From the IMG/VR virus record IMGVR_UViG_3300034993_000015, positions 1-24,431 of that record: a DNA stretch of 24,431 nucleotides. One strand, written 5' to 3'. The notes below the pieces were generated by a model. The model saw only the letters and a list, made by a program, of their open reading frames with translations, did no database searches and was not told the DNA's origin. Shown one piece after another: positions 17,413 through 24,431 of the stretch. The translations under genes were made by a program, and so were the position numbers. The first letter of the stretch is position 1; the number at the start of each line of letters is the position of its first letter. This DNA is from a virus. Taxonomy: Duplodnaviria; Caudoviricetes.

Positions 17413-18355
17413 GGCTTTTCCTTATGATGCCGCCACAGGCGAGGGCCCAGATGAAGGCGGTGATTGGAGTGTAGAAGGGGAAGGCAAAGCAGGCGCAGAT
17501 ACAGCAGGTGATGTAGAGTGGCCACATTGCGCTGGATTTTTGCATAGCCAGCCAAAACCCAACCGCAAACAATGGCACAACACCAATGCCGTATTCGAAG
17601 ATGAGTTGGAGGTAGTCATTGTGGACATACTCCGGTTTCCACAGCCTGGCGTTGTCGTGGTACCAAAGTTCCGCAAACGACCCAACACCATGGCCGGTCC
17701 ATACCATCAAGTTGATAGCATAGCGCCAGATTTCCAGCCGCTGGATTTCATTCACATACAACGAACTAGCAACCCACGATGCTGCGACAAGGGTGGCGGT
17801 TAAGAGGATGAAAGGCTTACGGATGAAGTAGGCAATGATGCCGAAGGCGACTAAGGCCCAGGCTCCGCGGCTGTTAGACAAATACAGTCCCGGGATCAAT
17901 AAGATCGACCACCACTTCATCCCCACACATATAAATCCGACTATACCTAACGCCATCACCCACCCATGCAGGGAGGGATTGAAGTATAGCCCAGCCGGAG
18001 TTTCGCTGTGTGAGTAGATGAACTGGAACCCAAGCGAATGGGCCAGGGCCAGAGACGAACTTATCCCAAGACCTATAGCTATCCCCACCCACACCGGACG
18101 CTGGTCCATCCGGGACCCAATGACTAAACCGATCGCGAAACTCATCAGTATCCACAGGCCGTAAGCCCATTGTCCCACACTCCAAATCGCGCTTGTGATC
18201 GCGTAAACGGCAAAGAGACAAAACAAAAGGTGGGGGAGGCCCACTTTGAACCTCCCCCACAAGGCTACCGGCAAGATGAGCGTCAGTCCGACCAATCCCG
18301 TGGGCAGGGTCTGACCTGGATAGACAGACACTGTTGGGATTAGGCCGAGAAGCAT
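17399..18355 (-). CDS. O-antigen ligase / Wzy_C-family polytopic membrane glycosyltransferase (WaaL/PglL/Wzy-like), ~318 aa
   Basis: Start reassigned to ATG 18355 (MLLGLIPTVSVYPGQT), 1 nt after the upstream stop. Many hydrophobic segments. Family motifs occur in canonical order: GLYFNPS, LSNSRGAW, QRLEIWRYA, GHGVGSF, HNDYLQLIFEYGIG. Confidence 0.85.
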   Translation of the reverse strand: MLLGLIPTVSVYPGQTLPTGLVGLTLILPVALWGRFKVGLPHLLFCLFAVYAITSAIWSVGQWAYGLWILMSFAIGLVIGSRMDQRPVWVGIAIGLGISSSLALAHSLGFQFIYSHSETPAGLYFNPSLHGWVMALGIVGFICVGMKWWSILLIPGLYLSNSRGAWALVAFGIIAYFIRKPFILLTATLVAASWVASSLYVNEIQRLEIWRYAINLMVWTGHGVGSFAELWYHDNARLWKPEYVHNDYLQLIFEYGIGVVPLFAVGFWLAMQKSSAMWPLYITCCICACFAFPFYTPITAFIWALACGGIIRKSHGTP

Positions 18356-18356
18356 C

Positions 18357-18812
18357 TTACCGGGTTCCGCTACAGAAGTAGTCGTATGCCATCGTAGCGC
18401 CAGTAGCCATCGCGGCATGAGTAATGAGAATGCCGGTGACGAACAGCTGACGAGAGATTGGCGATGCTGTAGTGAAGGTCCGCTGCTGCGTGACACAGAA
18501 CGGAGCCGTCAGGTAGACCTGATTGAAGGTGATCACACATCCAGTAGATGTCGTTCCTTCAGTCACAGTTCCTGCGAAGTCACTCCCTGAATTAGAGGGA
18601 GAGGTTCCGCAGGAGGACACAACCGGCGCTTGCGTCGGCCTGACGAGGACGTGGCCCGGGAAGTAGACGTTGTTGTTAGAGTCAACGCCAAACTGTCCGA
18701 GTGGGTCCTGTGAGAGTTGCAGCGCCCGATTGATGTTCTGTGCGATGCTGATAGAGGCACCGACAGCACAAATCAACAGGCCTGCAAGGATGAAGTTTTT
18801 CCAGCCTTTCAT
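18357..18812 (-). CDS. Secreted beta-rich protein (151 aa) with fibre-tip-like C-terminal domain
   Basis: Signal peptide MKGWKNFILAGLLICAVGASISIA|Q. The mature part has 4 Cys in APVVSSCGTSPSNSGSDFAGTVTEGTTSTGCVITFNQVYLTAPFCV...YFC. Confidence 0.7.
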   Translation of the reverse strand: MKGWKNFILAGLLICAVGASISIAQNINRALQLSQDPLGQFGVDSNNNVYFPGHVLVRPTQAPVVSSCGTSPSNSGSDFAGTVTEGTTSTGCVITFNQVYLTAPFCVTQQRTFTTASPISRQLFVTGILITHAAMATGATMAYDYFCSGTR

Positions 18813-18813
18813 C

Positions 18814-19446
18814 CTAGTACTCCGTCCAGTAGAAGCTGATCGCCGCCAAGCCCGAAGACACCGAGATGCCTCCGAAGTTCACACAGACTTGCTGGGCAAC
18901 GCCACGGAGAGTAGGGGCAGCCGCAAAGGAACGATTGCCCCAATCGAACAACGCCGTCGGGCCGTTGGCAAGAGCCGAAGTGGTGTTGAACGACACCGTC
19001 CGGGCATCCAGCTGTACCGCCGTAGCATCGACTGTAGGGTTGGCGGTATAGGCCGTCGTGGTTGCTGTGGCCGCGGCGAAGGTCGAGTCCAATGGGATCG
19101 GCACTGGAAGTGCGGTAGTAGCCGCAGCAGTTCCACCAGTGTTAGCTACCGAGTGTTTGAAGATAATAACCGGCAGCGTAACGAGGGTACCAGCAGTACC
19201 GCTGACACTGATCCGCTGCACCCGGGTGATTTTCGTGGCCGATCCGGTGATACAGGCGACATCAGTGGCCGAGGCTGCGGGAGCGATCCCGTAGCCAGAG
19301 GCCATATACGATGGCACAGTGGATTCACTGGCGCAGGTGATCCCCGGAACGGGAGATGACGTAACGCCAGAGATGGCAACGCACTGTGCCTGGACGGCGA
19401 GTGTCCCGCCCAGGAGGATTGCAAGACCAAGGAGAAGCTTTTTCAT
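18814..19446 (-). CDS. Secreted Ser/Thr/Ala-rich beta protein (210 aa), putative capsid decoration
   Basis: Signal peptide MKKLLLGLAILLGGTLAVQA|QC, GGAGAG RBS, 4 Cys. Directly follows the cement gene. Confidence 0.7.
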   Translation of the reverse strand: MKKLLLGLAILLGGTLAVQAQCVAISGVTSSPVPGITCASESTVPSYMASGYGIAPAASATDVACITGSATKITRVQRISVSGTAGTLVTLPVIIFKHSVANTGGTAAATTALPVPIPLDSTFAAATATTTAYTANPTVDATAVQLDARTVSFNTTSALANGPTALFDWGNRSFAAAPTLRGVAQQVCVNFGGISVSSGLAAISFYWTEY

Positions 19447-19458
19447 CTGTTGCTCTCC

Positions 19459-20004
19459 TTAGTTCGCGACATTCAGTCCAGCGCGATAGCCGCCCTGGAT
19501 TGAGTTGTCGGTCGAGTTGTACATCTGATCATCGCGATCGATCACAACACCAGCGATCACAGTACCTGCGGTCGTGGTGGCGGTGGCGATGCGATAGATC
19601 AGCTTCATGAAGCGCGGGACTGCCTTGCCCTGAGGCGGGCGAGGGAAGTCGATGTCGAGCAGACGAGCGCCAGCCACACACTGTGCCACGGTGTAGATGG
19701 GCGAGGCCCACCATTCCGAGAACGAAGCCGGAGCGCCAGAGCCATCATCGACAGCGCCGCAGAGAACGACCTGCAAGGTGCCGCCACCTGCGGAGACGAG
19801 CGCTTCCTGCATCTGCACCAGCAGCTTCAGGGAAGGCTTGTCGCCAATGCCCATATCGCGGGCACCGCCACCATTCGCCGACGACGGGATACCAGAGACG
19901 ATACCGTAGTCGAGGATGTTGGTCGAATCGTAGTCTCCTGTACCCTGGCCCACATCCTTGGGCGCAGAAGGCAGGTCGAACATTTGGAATGCGTCGAGGA
20001 TCAT
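19459..20004 (-). CDS. Capsid cement/decoration protein (Bbp16-like)
   Basis: MILDAFQMF...STNILDYG...RDMGIGDKPSLKLLVQ...PRFMKLIYRIA...TAGTVIAGVV. Lies directly downstream of the major capsid gene, as in BPP-1. AAGGAG RBS. Confidence 0.85.
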   Translation of the reverse strand: MILDAFQMFDLPSAPKDVGQGTGDYDSTNILDYGIVSGIPSSANGGGARDMGIGDKPSLKLLVQMQEALVSAGGGTLQVVLCGAVDDGSGAPASFSEWWASPIYTVAQCVAGARLLDIDFPRPPQGKAVPRFMKLIYRIATATTTAGTVIAGVVIDRDDQMYNSTDNSIQGGYRAGLNVAN

Positions 20005-20016
20005 GTTCGATGCTCC

Positions 20017-21066
20017 TTAGAAGCCGGTAACGGCGGCTTCGTTGTTGAGGATCGCGTCAACCGTGCGAACCGGGATGCCACGGAACGTCGTGACGGTTTT
20101 GCCATCGAACTCGCGCAGTTGCAGGAGCACGTTGGTTTTGTTCATCGCCTGAAGATCGAGGTAGGTACGGACGACGCGGTTGCAGTAGATAACCGTGCGG
20201 CCCATATTGGCCCGGACTTCCGGAGTGTCGGAGGACTGGATCGCCGTCGCCATCGCCGGAGCGGTGGGCAGGCGGTAGAGGGCGCGGATCAGCAGGTTGA
20301 TGATGTTCGCCGCGCTCACACCAGTCAGTTGGCTCACGTCGATGTTGGCGATACGAGCAGTGTAACGCCAGTCGCGTTGAACCAAGCCGATCTCCCACTT
20401 GAAGTGGTCGCGATAGGCCTGGAAGGTATTGCCGCTAGCATCGGCCACCGGCCACTCGCCCATGTCCTTGTGCTGAAGGCCAGTGATCTTGCCCTTCGGG
20501 AAGGTGGCATGGGTGGTATCCGGGCCCCAAACAACGATCCAGATCGACGTGTTGGTCGATGCCAGACCGCCGCCGTTCAACACGTTATTGGCGGTTTGCG
20601 CCGCCGAAGTGTTGCCGGTGGAGTAGCGTGGGGCGAAGCCGGTGAAGCGTTCCGGGTTGATGTGCTGATTGCCGTACATCAGTGTGGCGGCAACCTGCTG
20701 CGACATGCCTTCGAGGAAGGCTCGGACCTCGCTGAGTCTGAACTCGGCGGTGTTGCCGTTCAGGTCAGCGATGTCCCTATCGACGATAGCGTAGGCTTCG
20801 AGGTTGCCGCAGGTGTCGACGATCTGTGCAGTGGTTGATTTGGCGTTCGGCACGCCTTGGTTCAGCAAGCGCCACGTCGCTTGGGGCAAGCCCGTACGGA
20901 CGGTGGTCTTGTGACCGGTAGGAAGGTTGCCCTCGACGACGAGCATGTCATCAAGAATTTCGTTCGTCTGACTGAGAAGCTCGATGATGGATGCTACGCG
21001 GTAGCCATCCTCCATCCGCTTCGCCCAGTCGGCGAAGGTCAGAGCAGTTGATCCGACAGTGGCCAC
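20017..21066 (-). CDS. Major capsid protein (Bbp17-like, HK97 fold)
   Basis: 349 aa, GTG start with AAAGGAGG RBS. Contains IIELLSQTNEILDDM...GHKTTVRTGLPQATWRLLNQGV...DWRYTARIANID...FRGIPVRTVDAILNNEA. Strongly biased codon usage. Confidence 0.95.
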   Translation of the reverse strand: MATVGSTALTFADWAKRMEDGYRVASIIELLSQTNEILDDMLVVEGNLPTGHKTTVRTGLPQATWRLLNQGVPNAKSTTAQIVDTCGNLEAYAIVDRDIADLNGNTAEFRLSEVRAFLEGMSQQVAATLMYGNQHINPERFTGFAPRYSTGNTSAAQTANNVLNGGGLASTNTSIWIVVWGPDTTHATFPKGKITGLQHKDMGEWPVADASGNTFQAYRDHFKWEIGLVQRDWRYTARIANIDVSQLTGVSAANIINLLIRALYRLPTAPAMATAIQSSDTPEVRANMGRTVIYCNRVVRTYLDLQAMNKTNVLLQLREFDGKTVTTFRGIPVRTVDAILNNEAAVTGF

Positions 21067-21071
21067 AATGG

Positions 21072-21079
21072 CCTCCTTT
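21072..21079 (-). promoter_or_regulatory. Strong Shine-Dalgarno site (AAAGGAGG) of the major capsid gene
   Basis: Plus-strand cctccttt lies 5 nt upstream of the GTG start at 21066. Confidence 0.8.
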
Positions 21080-21143
21080 CATGGTTAAGTTCAGGGTGGC
21101 TCACACTAGGGTCCATCTGGGTTCATCCACTCTGTGGCAGGAC

Positions 21144-21776
21144 CTACGGGTGATTGGGGTAAAGAGATTGCGCTGCCGATGGGCGCGCTGTGGGTTTGGC
21201 AGGCGTGCCTGAGACAGGCTTGCCTTCGCTATACTTCTGTGCGATCTTCCAGAATGCTTTGATGAAGGATGGATTGTCACCGGCACCGGTAAGGTCCATC
21301 GCCTGTTTGAATTCATTGGCGAGCTTGGGGTCGCCCATCGAATCCAGCAGACGATTGATGTCGGTTTTGACCTGCGGTAGCTTGGTGCCGATTTCAGGAT
21401 CGGCCTTAACCGCATCCTGCCATTCCTTCCGCTGATTGTTATACAAATCCATCTGCGCCTGCGCCGCGGATTGCGATTGCTTGGCATAGTAATCGATAAG
21501 CTGCTGGGCCTGATTCTGGCTGAGATTCAGGTCCTTGAACATCGTGTTGACTTCCGTCATCTGAGCTTCATCCATCGTGAAGTTCTCAGGGAGTTTGTAG
21601 GCTTCGTACTTCTCAGGGGCACCAGTTGGTGCCTTATCATCTTTCTTATCGTCTTCAGTTAAGAGCGTCTCTTTCTTCTGTTCCGCCGGTGGCGGAGTCG
21701 TATCCGTCGGCGTCGTCGGCTTCAACTCCCCTGTCGGGGTCCTGGCTTCGTCTTGATTCGGCTGAATGTCGCTCAT
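21144..21776 (-). CDS. Capsid scaffolding/assembly protein
   Basis: 210 aa with an acidic Pro/Thr N-terminus, GAPEKYEAYKLPE, GAGDNPSFIKAFWKIA and a C-terminal SAAQSLYPN. Lies immediately upstream of the major capsid gene. Confidence 0.85.
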   Translation of the reverse strand: MSDIQPNQDEARTPTGELKPTTPTDTTPPPAEQKKETLLTEDDKKDDKAPTGAPEKYEAYKLPENFTMDEAQMTEVNTMFKDLNLSQNQAQQLIDYYAKQSQSAAQAQMDLYNNQRKEWQDAVKADPEIGTKLPQVKTDINRLLDSMGDPKLANEFKQAMDLTGAGDNPSFIKAFWKIAQKYSEGKPVSGTPAKPTARPSAAQSLYPNHP

Positions 21777-22059
21777 TTGCTTCTCTCATCATTTGGACGT
21801 ATTGATCTGGACAGCTAGACATGACATCATTGAGTAGGCGCAACCCGACGTTTCTCTCTCCCTCTCGGAAGAGGACAGTGTTGGTGTCAGGTGAAAAGGA
21901 TGTGGCAAAGACGTGGCAGGATTCGAGAATATCATGCATCCAATGACGACCAGCAAGATTATCCATGAGGCCAGCCATAAAAATCCGCCGATCGCGATCA
22001 GCAATCCGGGATGCCTTCTCGGCTTTACGTACATCCTTACGCTCCCCGGCGTTATACAT
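21655..22059 (-). CDS. Bbp19-like head-associated protein
   Basis: AGRHWMHDILESCHVFATSF...LFREGERNVGLRLL motif. Located between portal and scaffold. The acidic tail overlaps the scaffold gene by 122 nt. Confidence 0.8.
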   Translation of the reverse strand: MYNAGERKDVRKAEKASRIADRDRRIFMAGLMDNLAGRHWMHDILESCHVFATSFSPDTNTVLFREGERNVGLRLLNDVMSSCPDQYVQMMREANERHSAESRRSQDPDRGVEADDADGYDSATGGTEERDALN

Positions 22060-22276
22060 TAGTACCTAATCCAACGCCCAAGAGGAATATCAATCGATCG
22101 ACCAAAAGACTTAAAAACACAACCAATTGATAAAACCCTTCGATGACAATGAATCTTATCCACAAACTTATGTCGTTCAGTTATTATAAAATAAATCTGA
22201 TTCTTGCACTTATGTGGCTCATGTGCTTCAGAATATAAGGGAGAACAAGTACCTATGAATTTGCTCTTATACATTA
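22052..22276. repeat. 10-bp direct repeat TTATACATTA (22052-22061 and 22267-22276) flanking the AT-rich insert
   Basis: Exact match read directly from the sequence, copies 215 bp apart. Confidence 0.8.
22059..22274 (-). CDS. AT-rich inserted ORF (71 aa, basic, Cys/His-rich), moron-like
   Basis: Visibly lower GC than its flanks. Coupled to the portal stop and to the Bbp19-like start, and bounded by a 10-bp direct repeat. Confidence 0.5.
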   Translation of the reverse strand: MYKSKFIGTCSPLYSEAHEPHKCKNQIYFIITERHKFVDKIHCHRRVLSIGCVFKSFGRSIDIPLGRWIRY

Positions 22277-23976
22277 TTGCCCGTCATCGCTTGGAGTGCA
22301 TTCATTCCGCCACCGACATCCGTTTCGCTAAGGGTCTTAGCGCCGGCCGCCATCTTCTCCGCCATCTCAGCCTGCTGCATCTGCTGCGCCTGCTCCTGTC
22401 GCCGGGTGCGGAGTTCGTTCAGCGCTTCCGGCGAACGGATGATCTTCGGGTCGATGCTGAGCAGACTTGAATACTTGTTGATGCCGTAGTCCACGTCGAC
22501 GTTGTCATATGCGGATGGATCGACCGCGCCGACCTGTCCAACCCACGCGAAGATTTTCTCAATCGCTGTGGCTTCGGTTGCGGATTGAACTACGTTAAGA
22601 AGGGAGACGAACTCCGTCTCCACATTCATGTCGGCGATTTCGGCCGGTGGCGGTGGGAAGATTCCGGCGCGGGAGCAGATGCCCCACACCCGTTCGTGGA
22701 GGACCTTCAGCCCTTCGTGGTCAAGGCGTTCGAACACCGGGCCTATCATGATCAGCGCTTCGGACTTACGCTGGTTGACTTCGTCGATTGTGATGTTGGA
22801 GCGGGTTTCGTATTGCGACAGCGGCTGGAATAGATCATTGAAGAAGGTCTTCTTGATTCGCTCCCGAACCTCCGCTAGGTCTTCGCTAATTTCGTTCACA
22901 GGAAATTTAGTGTCGTAGATTGAAGCGATAGCAGCTTTGCCAGATTGAGCAAAGCCTGTGATGTAAGTCATTCCACCTGGGAGAAGGGAAGCGGGTTGGT
23001 TCTTCAACTGCACATCGGCGACGAGTGGCGGGTTGACCATCTTGTCGATGGCCTGGGCCTTGCGCTTGGTCTCTAGTTGGAGTTGCTTCTGATCGCCAAG
23101 GGCGTCCATGGAAGGACCGCGGCCGTAGGCGTCATTGGAGACAAGGTCCCATCTAGCGGTCATCTGCGGCTGTTCGTGGAAGCCCTTCTTCTCAAGGAAG
23201 CCGCGAGATTCGCCACTACCACTTTGTTGGGATTGTGATCCACCCCATTCCCAATATACTTCACGATAGGTGAAGACTTCGGGGATGCCTATATCGCGGT
23301 CCTTATCGTTCGGCTCGATCGCATGTCCTACGATGATCTCGCGGGTAAGATTGGAACCATCGTTTTCGCGATACATCTTTTGAATGTTGGGAGAACAGTT
23401 CTCGATCCTAAAGCGCTTGACCAAGGCGTAGATCGACATAGTAAATTCGCGGTAGAGAATGCAGGGCCGGTATTGGCCATCGATGTCAACGTAGTATTCC
23501 CCAGCGCAGGGGTTGTAGCACCAGATAACATTCTCGTAATCTTCATAGATGATCATGGTGGCGGTATTGAACGCCGCCAAGTCGGTGAAGAAGGTGGCGA
23601 TGGAATTGTAGAAGTTCGATTCGTGGAACACCCTACGAACGACTTGCTCACAGTCGTAGAGCCACCGGGAGACAGGGTTGTTTCCGGTCGAGTCGATCGT
23701 GCCAATCTTGTATTTGAACCACAGGCGCGATGGTGGGGTTTTGCCTGACATCAAGCCCGCGGCCATATTCCGCAGCGCCACGCAACCTGTGGAGTCAATG
23801 ATGTGTTGGTTGATTGGCGATCCCCGCGCCATCTGATTGGGGGTGATCAGCCATTTGTATCGACGAGGGAGGAAGTAGTCCGCAAGTTCGCGCCAGTGGG
23901 TCCACCAAGAGTAGCGGTTAACCTTCAGCCCAGCGAGGCGGCCCTCGAAATATCGGCGCTGTTGGGAGTCATCCAT
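22267..23976 (-). CDS. Portal (head-to-tail connector) protein, T7 gp8/Bbp21-like
   Basis: 569 aa with WWTHWRELADYFLPRR, LAAFNTA, ARWDLVSNDAYGRGPSMDALGDQKQLQ and RIKKTFFNDLF...EVNQRKSEALIMIGPVFERL. Confidence 0.95.
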   Translation of the reverse strand: MDDSQQRRYFEGRLAGLKVNRYSWWTHWRELADYFLPRRYKWLITPNQMARGSPINQHIIDSTGCVALRNMAAGLMSGKTPPSRLWFKYKIGTIDSTGNNPVSRWLYDCEQVVRRVFHESNFYNSIATFFTDLAAFNTATMIIYEDYENVIWCYNPCAGEYYVDIDGQYRPCILYREFTMSIYALVKRFRIENCSPNIQKMYRENDGSNLTREIIVGHAIEPNDKDRDIGIPEVFTYREVYWEWGGSQSQQSGSGESRGFLEKKGFHEQPQMTARWDLVSNDAYGRGPSMDALGDQKQLQLETKRKAQAIDKMVNPPLVADVQLKNQPASLLPGGMTYITGFAQSGKAAIASIYDTKFPVNEISEDLAEVRERIKKTFFNDLFQPLSQYETRSNITIDEVNQRKSEALIMIGPVFERLDHEGLKVLHERVWGICSRAGIFPPPPAEIADMNVETEFVSLLNVVQSATEATAIEKIFAWVGQVGAVDPSAYDNVDVDYGINKYSSLLSIDPKIIRSPEALNELRTRRQEQAQQMQQAEMAEKMAAGAKTLSETDVGGGMNALQAMTGNNV

Positions 23977-24137
23977 TAGGATCGATCCCCTTCAACAATC
24001 TTGTCTTCCAGAGTTGTCGCTGTCGCTATAAGCCGCCCGAGTTCATGCATCTCCACCGCGGCCACAAGCACATCCGCATCGTTGACCTTCGGCATTGTCT
24101 GTCTCGGAGGTTGCGTTGGGCCGGGTGGGATTTTCAT
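23976..24137 (-). CDS. Small hypothetical protein (53 aa)
   Basis: Below the track cutoff. Translated manually as MKIPPGPTQPPRQTMPKVNDADVLVAAVEMHELGRLIATATTLEDKIVEGDRS*. ATGA overlap upstream and TAATG overlap with the portal start. Confidence 0.7.
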   Translation of the reverse strand: MKIPPGPTQPPRQTMPKVNDADVLVAAVEMHELGRLIATATTLEDKIVEGDRS

Positions 24138-24316
24138 TGGCCTAAGAGTGTCTTGCTGGAGGAATTGGTTGCGTCTGGCGATACATCGCCGAGGAAGGTA
24201 GGAGTGGATTTTGACCGCGGCTTCTTGCCGATCGGCTGCTGACCCACGATTGGCGGTGGGGCTGGTGGTGCGCCTGGGGCTTGTGGTGTTCCTGGGGATT
24301 GTGCTTTGCCGAACAT
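24134..24316 (-). CDS. Small Pro-rich virion-associated protein preceding portal (T7 gp7.3-like position)
   Basis: 60 aa ending in ...SSSKTLLGQ, a C-terminus typical of the small pre-portal proteins of these podophages. TGATG coupled to the terminase gene. Confidence 0.7.
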   Translation of the reverse strand: MFGKAQSPGTPQAPGAPPAPPPIVGQQPIGKKPRSKSTPTFLGDVSPDATNSSSKTLLGQ

Positions 24317-24431
24317 CAGGCGATCATCCTTTCCTCTTCGAAAGGGTTGTAGTCGGATTCGACAGGGGCTGGCTGTGGATAATCGCCACCAGCCCGGGCG
24401 TGGTTGTTTAGAGGATAGGCGAAGGTGAGAG
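24316..24431 (-). CDS. terL: Terminase large subunit, C-terminal fragment (5'-truncated)
   Basis: Frame reads LTFAYPLNNHARAGGDYPQPAPVESDYNPFEEERMIA*, matching the (ALA)LTFAxP...YxPF C-terminus of podophage TerL. Position is just upstream of portal. Only 37 codons are visible. Confidence 0.65.
   Translation of the reverse strand, partial: LTFAYPLNNHARAGGDYPQPAPVESDYNPFEEERMIA

Noticed and set aside
18356-18496. 47-codon N-terminal extension of the ligase-like ORF given in the track (start 18496)
   Set aside because: It overlaps the 151 aa gene by 140 nt. ATG 18355 directly after that gene's stop fits the operon's coupling pattern.
19375-19446. Lipoprotein (o-spanin-like) reading of the 210 aa protein because of the early Cys
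   Set aside because: VQAQC does not fit the lipobox [LVI][ASTVI][GAS]C. SPase I cleavage after VQA fits better, and no holin or endolysin lies nearby.
20005-20040. T7-style capsid frameshift/readthrough or a terminator after the major capsid gene
   Set aside because: No slippery heptamer at the gene end and no hairpin with a U tract. The TAA stop is merged with the next RBS (TAAGGAG).
1-24431. tRNA, rRNA, CRISPR array, integrase, IS element or recoded stop codons
   Set aside because: None recognised. Genes tile the window under the standard code using TAA, TGA and TAG stops, leaving no space for arrays or RNA genes.

Overview
The window is a continuous, minus-strand, translationally coupled virion morphogenesis operon of a short-tailed (podovirus-type) phage or prophage, with a gene order like Bordetella phage BPP-1 or T7. 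Read right to left it encodes the 3' end of the terminase large subunit, two small proteins, portal, an AT-rich insert, a Bbp19-like protein, scaffold, major capsid protein and a Bbp16-like cement protein. A ~9 kb accessory block follows, then tail tubular proteins A and B, a gp13-like GNAT protein and three ejection proteins. The last ejection protein is a >1300 aa polyvalent protein that is missing from the ORF track and carries ART-like and HExxH metallopeptidase domains. The accessory block is the unusual part. It contains four proteins with Sec-type signal peptides, including a 1139 aa Cys-rich fibre/beta-helix tailspike-like protein, together with an O-antigen ligase/O-oligosaccharyltransferase-like (Wzy_C) membrane protein, all embedded in the late operon. 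This suggests (inference) a phage system that exports fibre or decoration proteins to the periplasm for disulfide formation and possibly glycosylation. Nearly all plus-strand ORFs are antisense shadows. Family assignments come from motif recognition and synteny, not from database searches.
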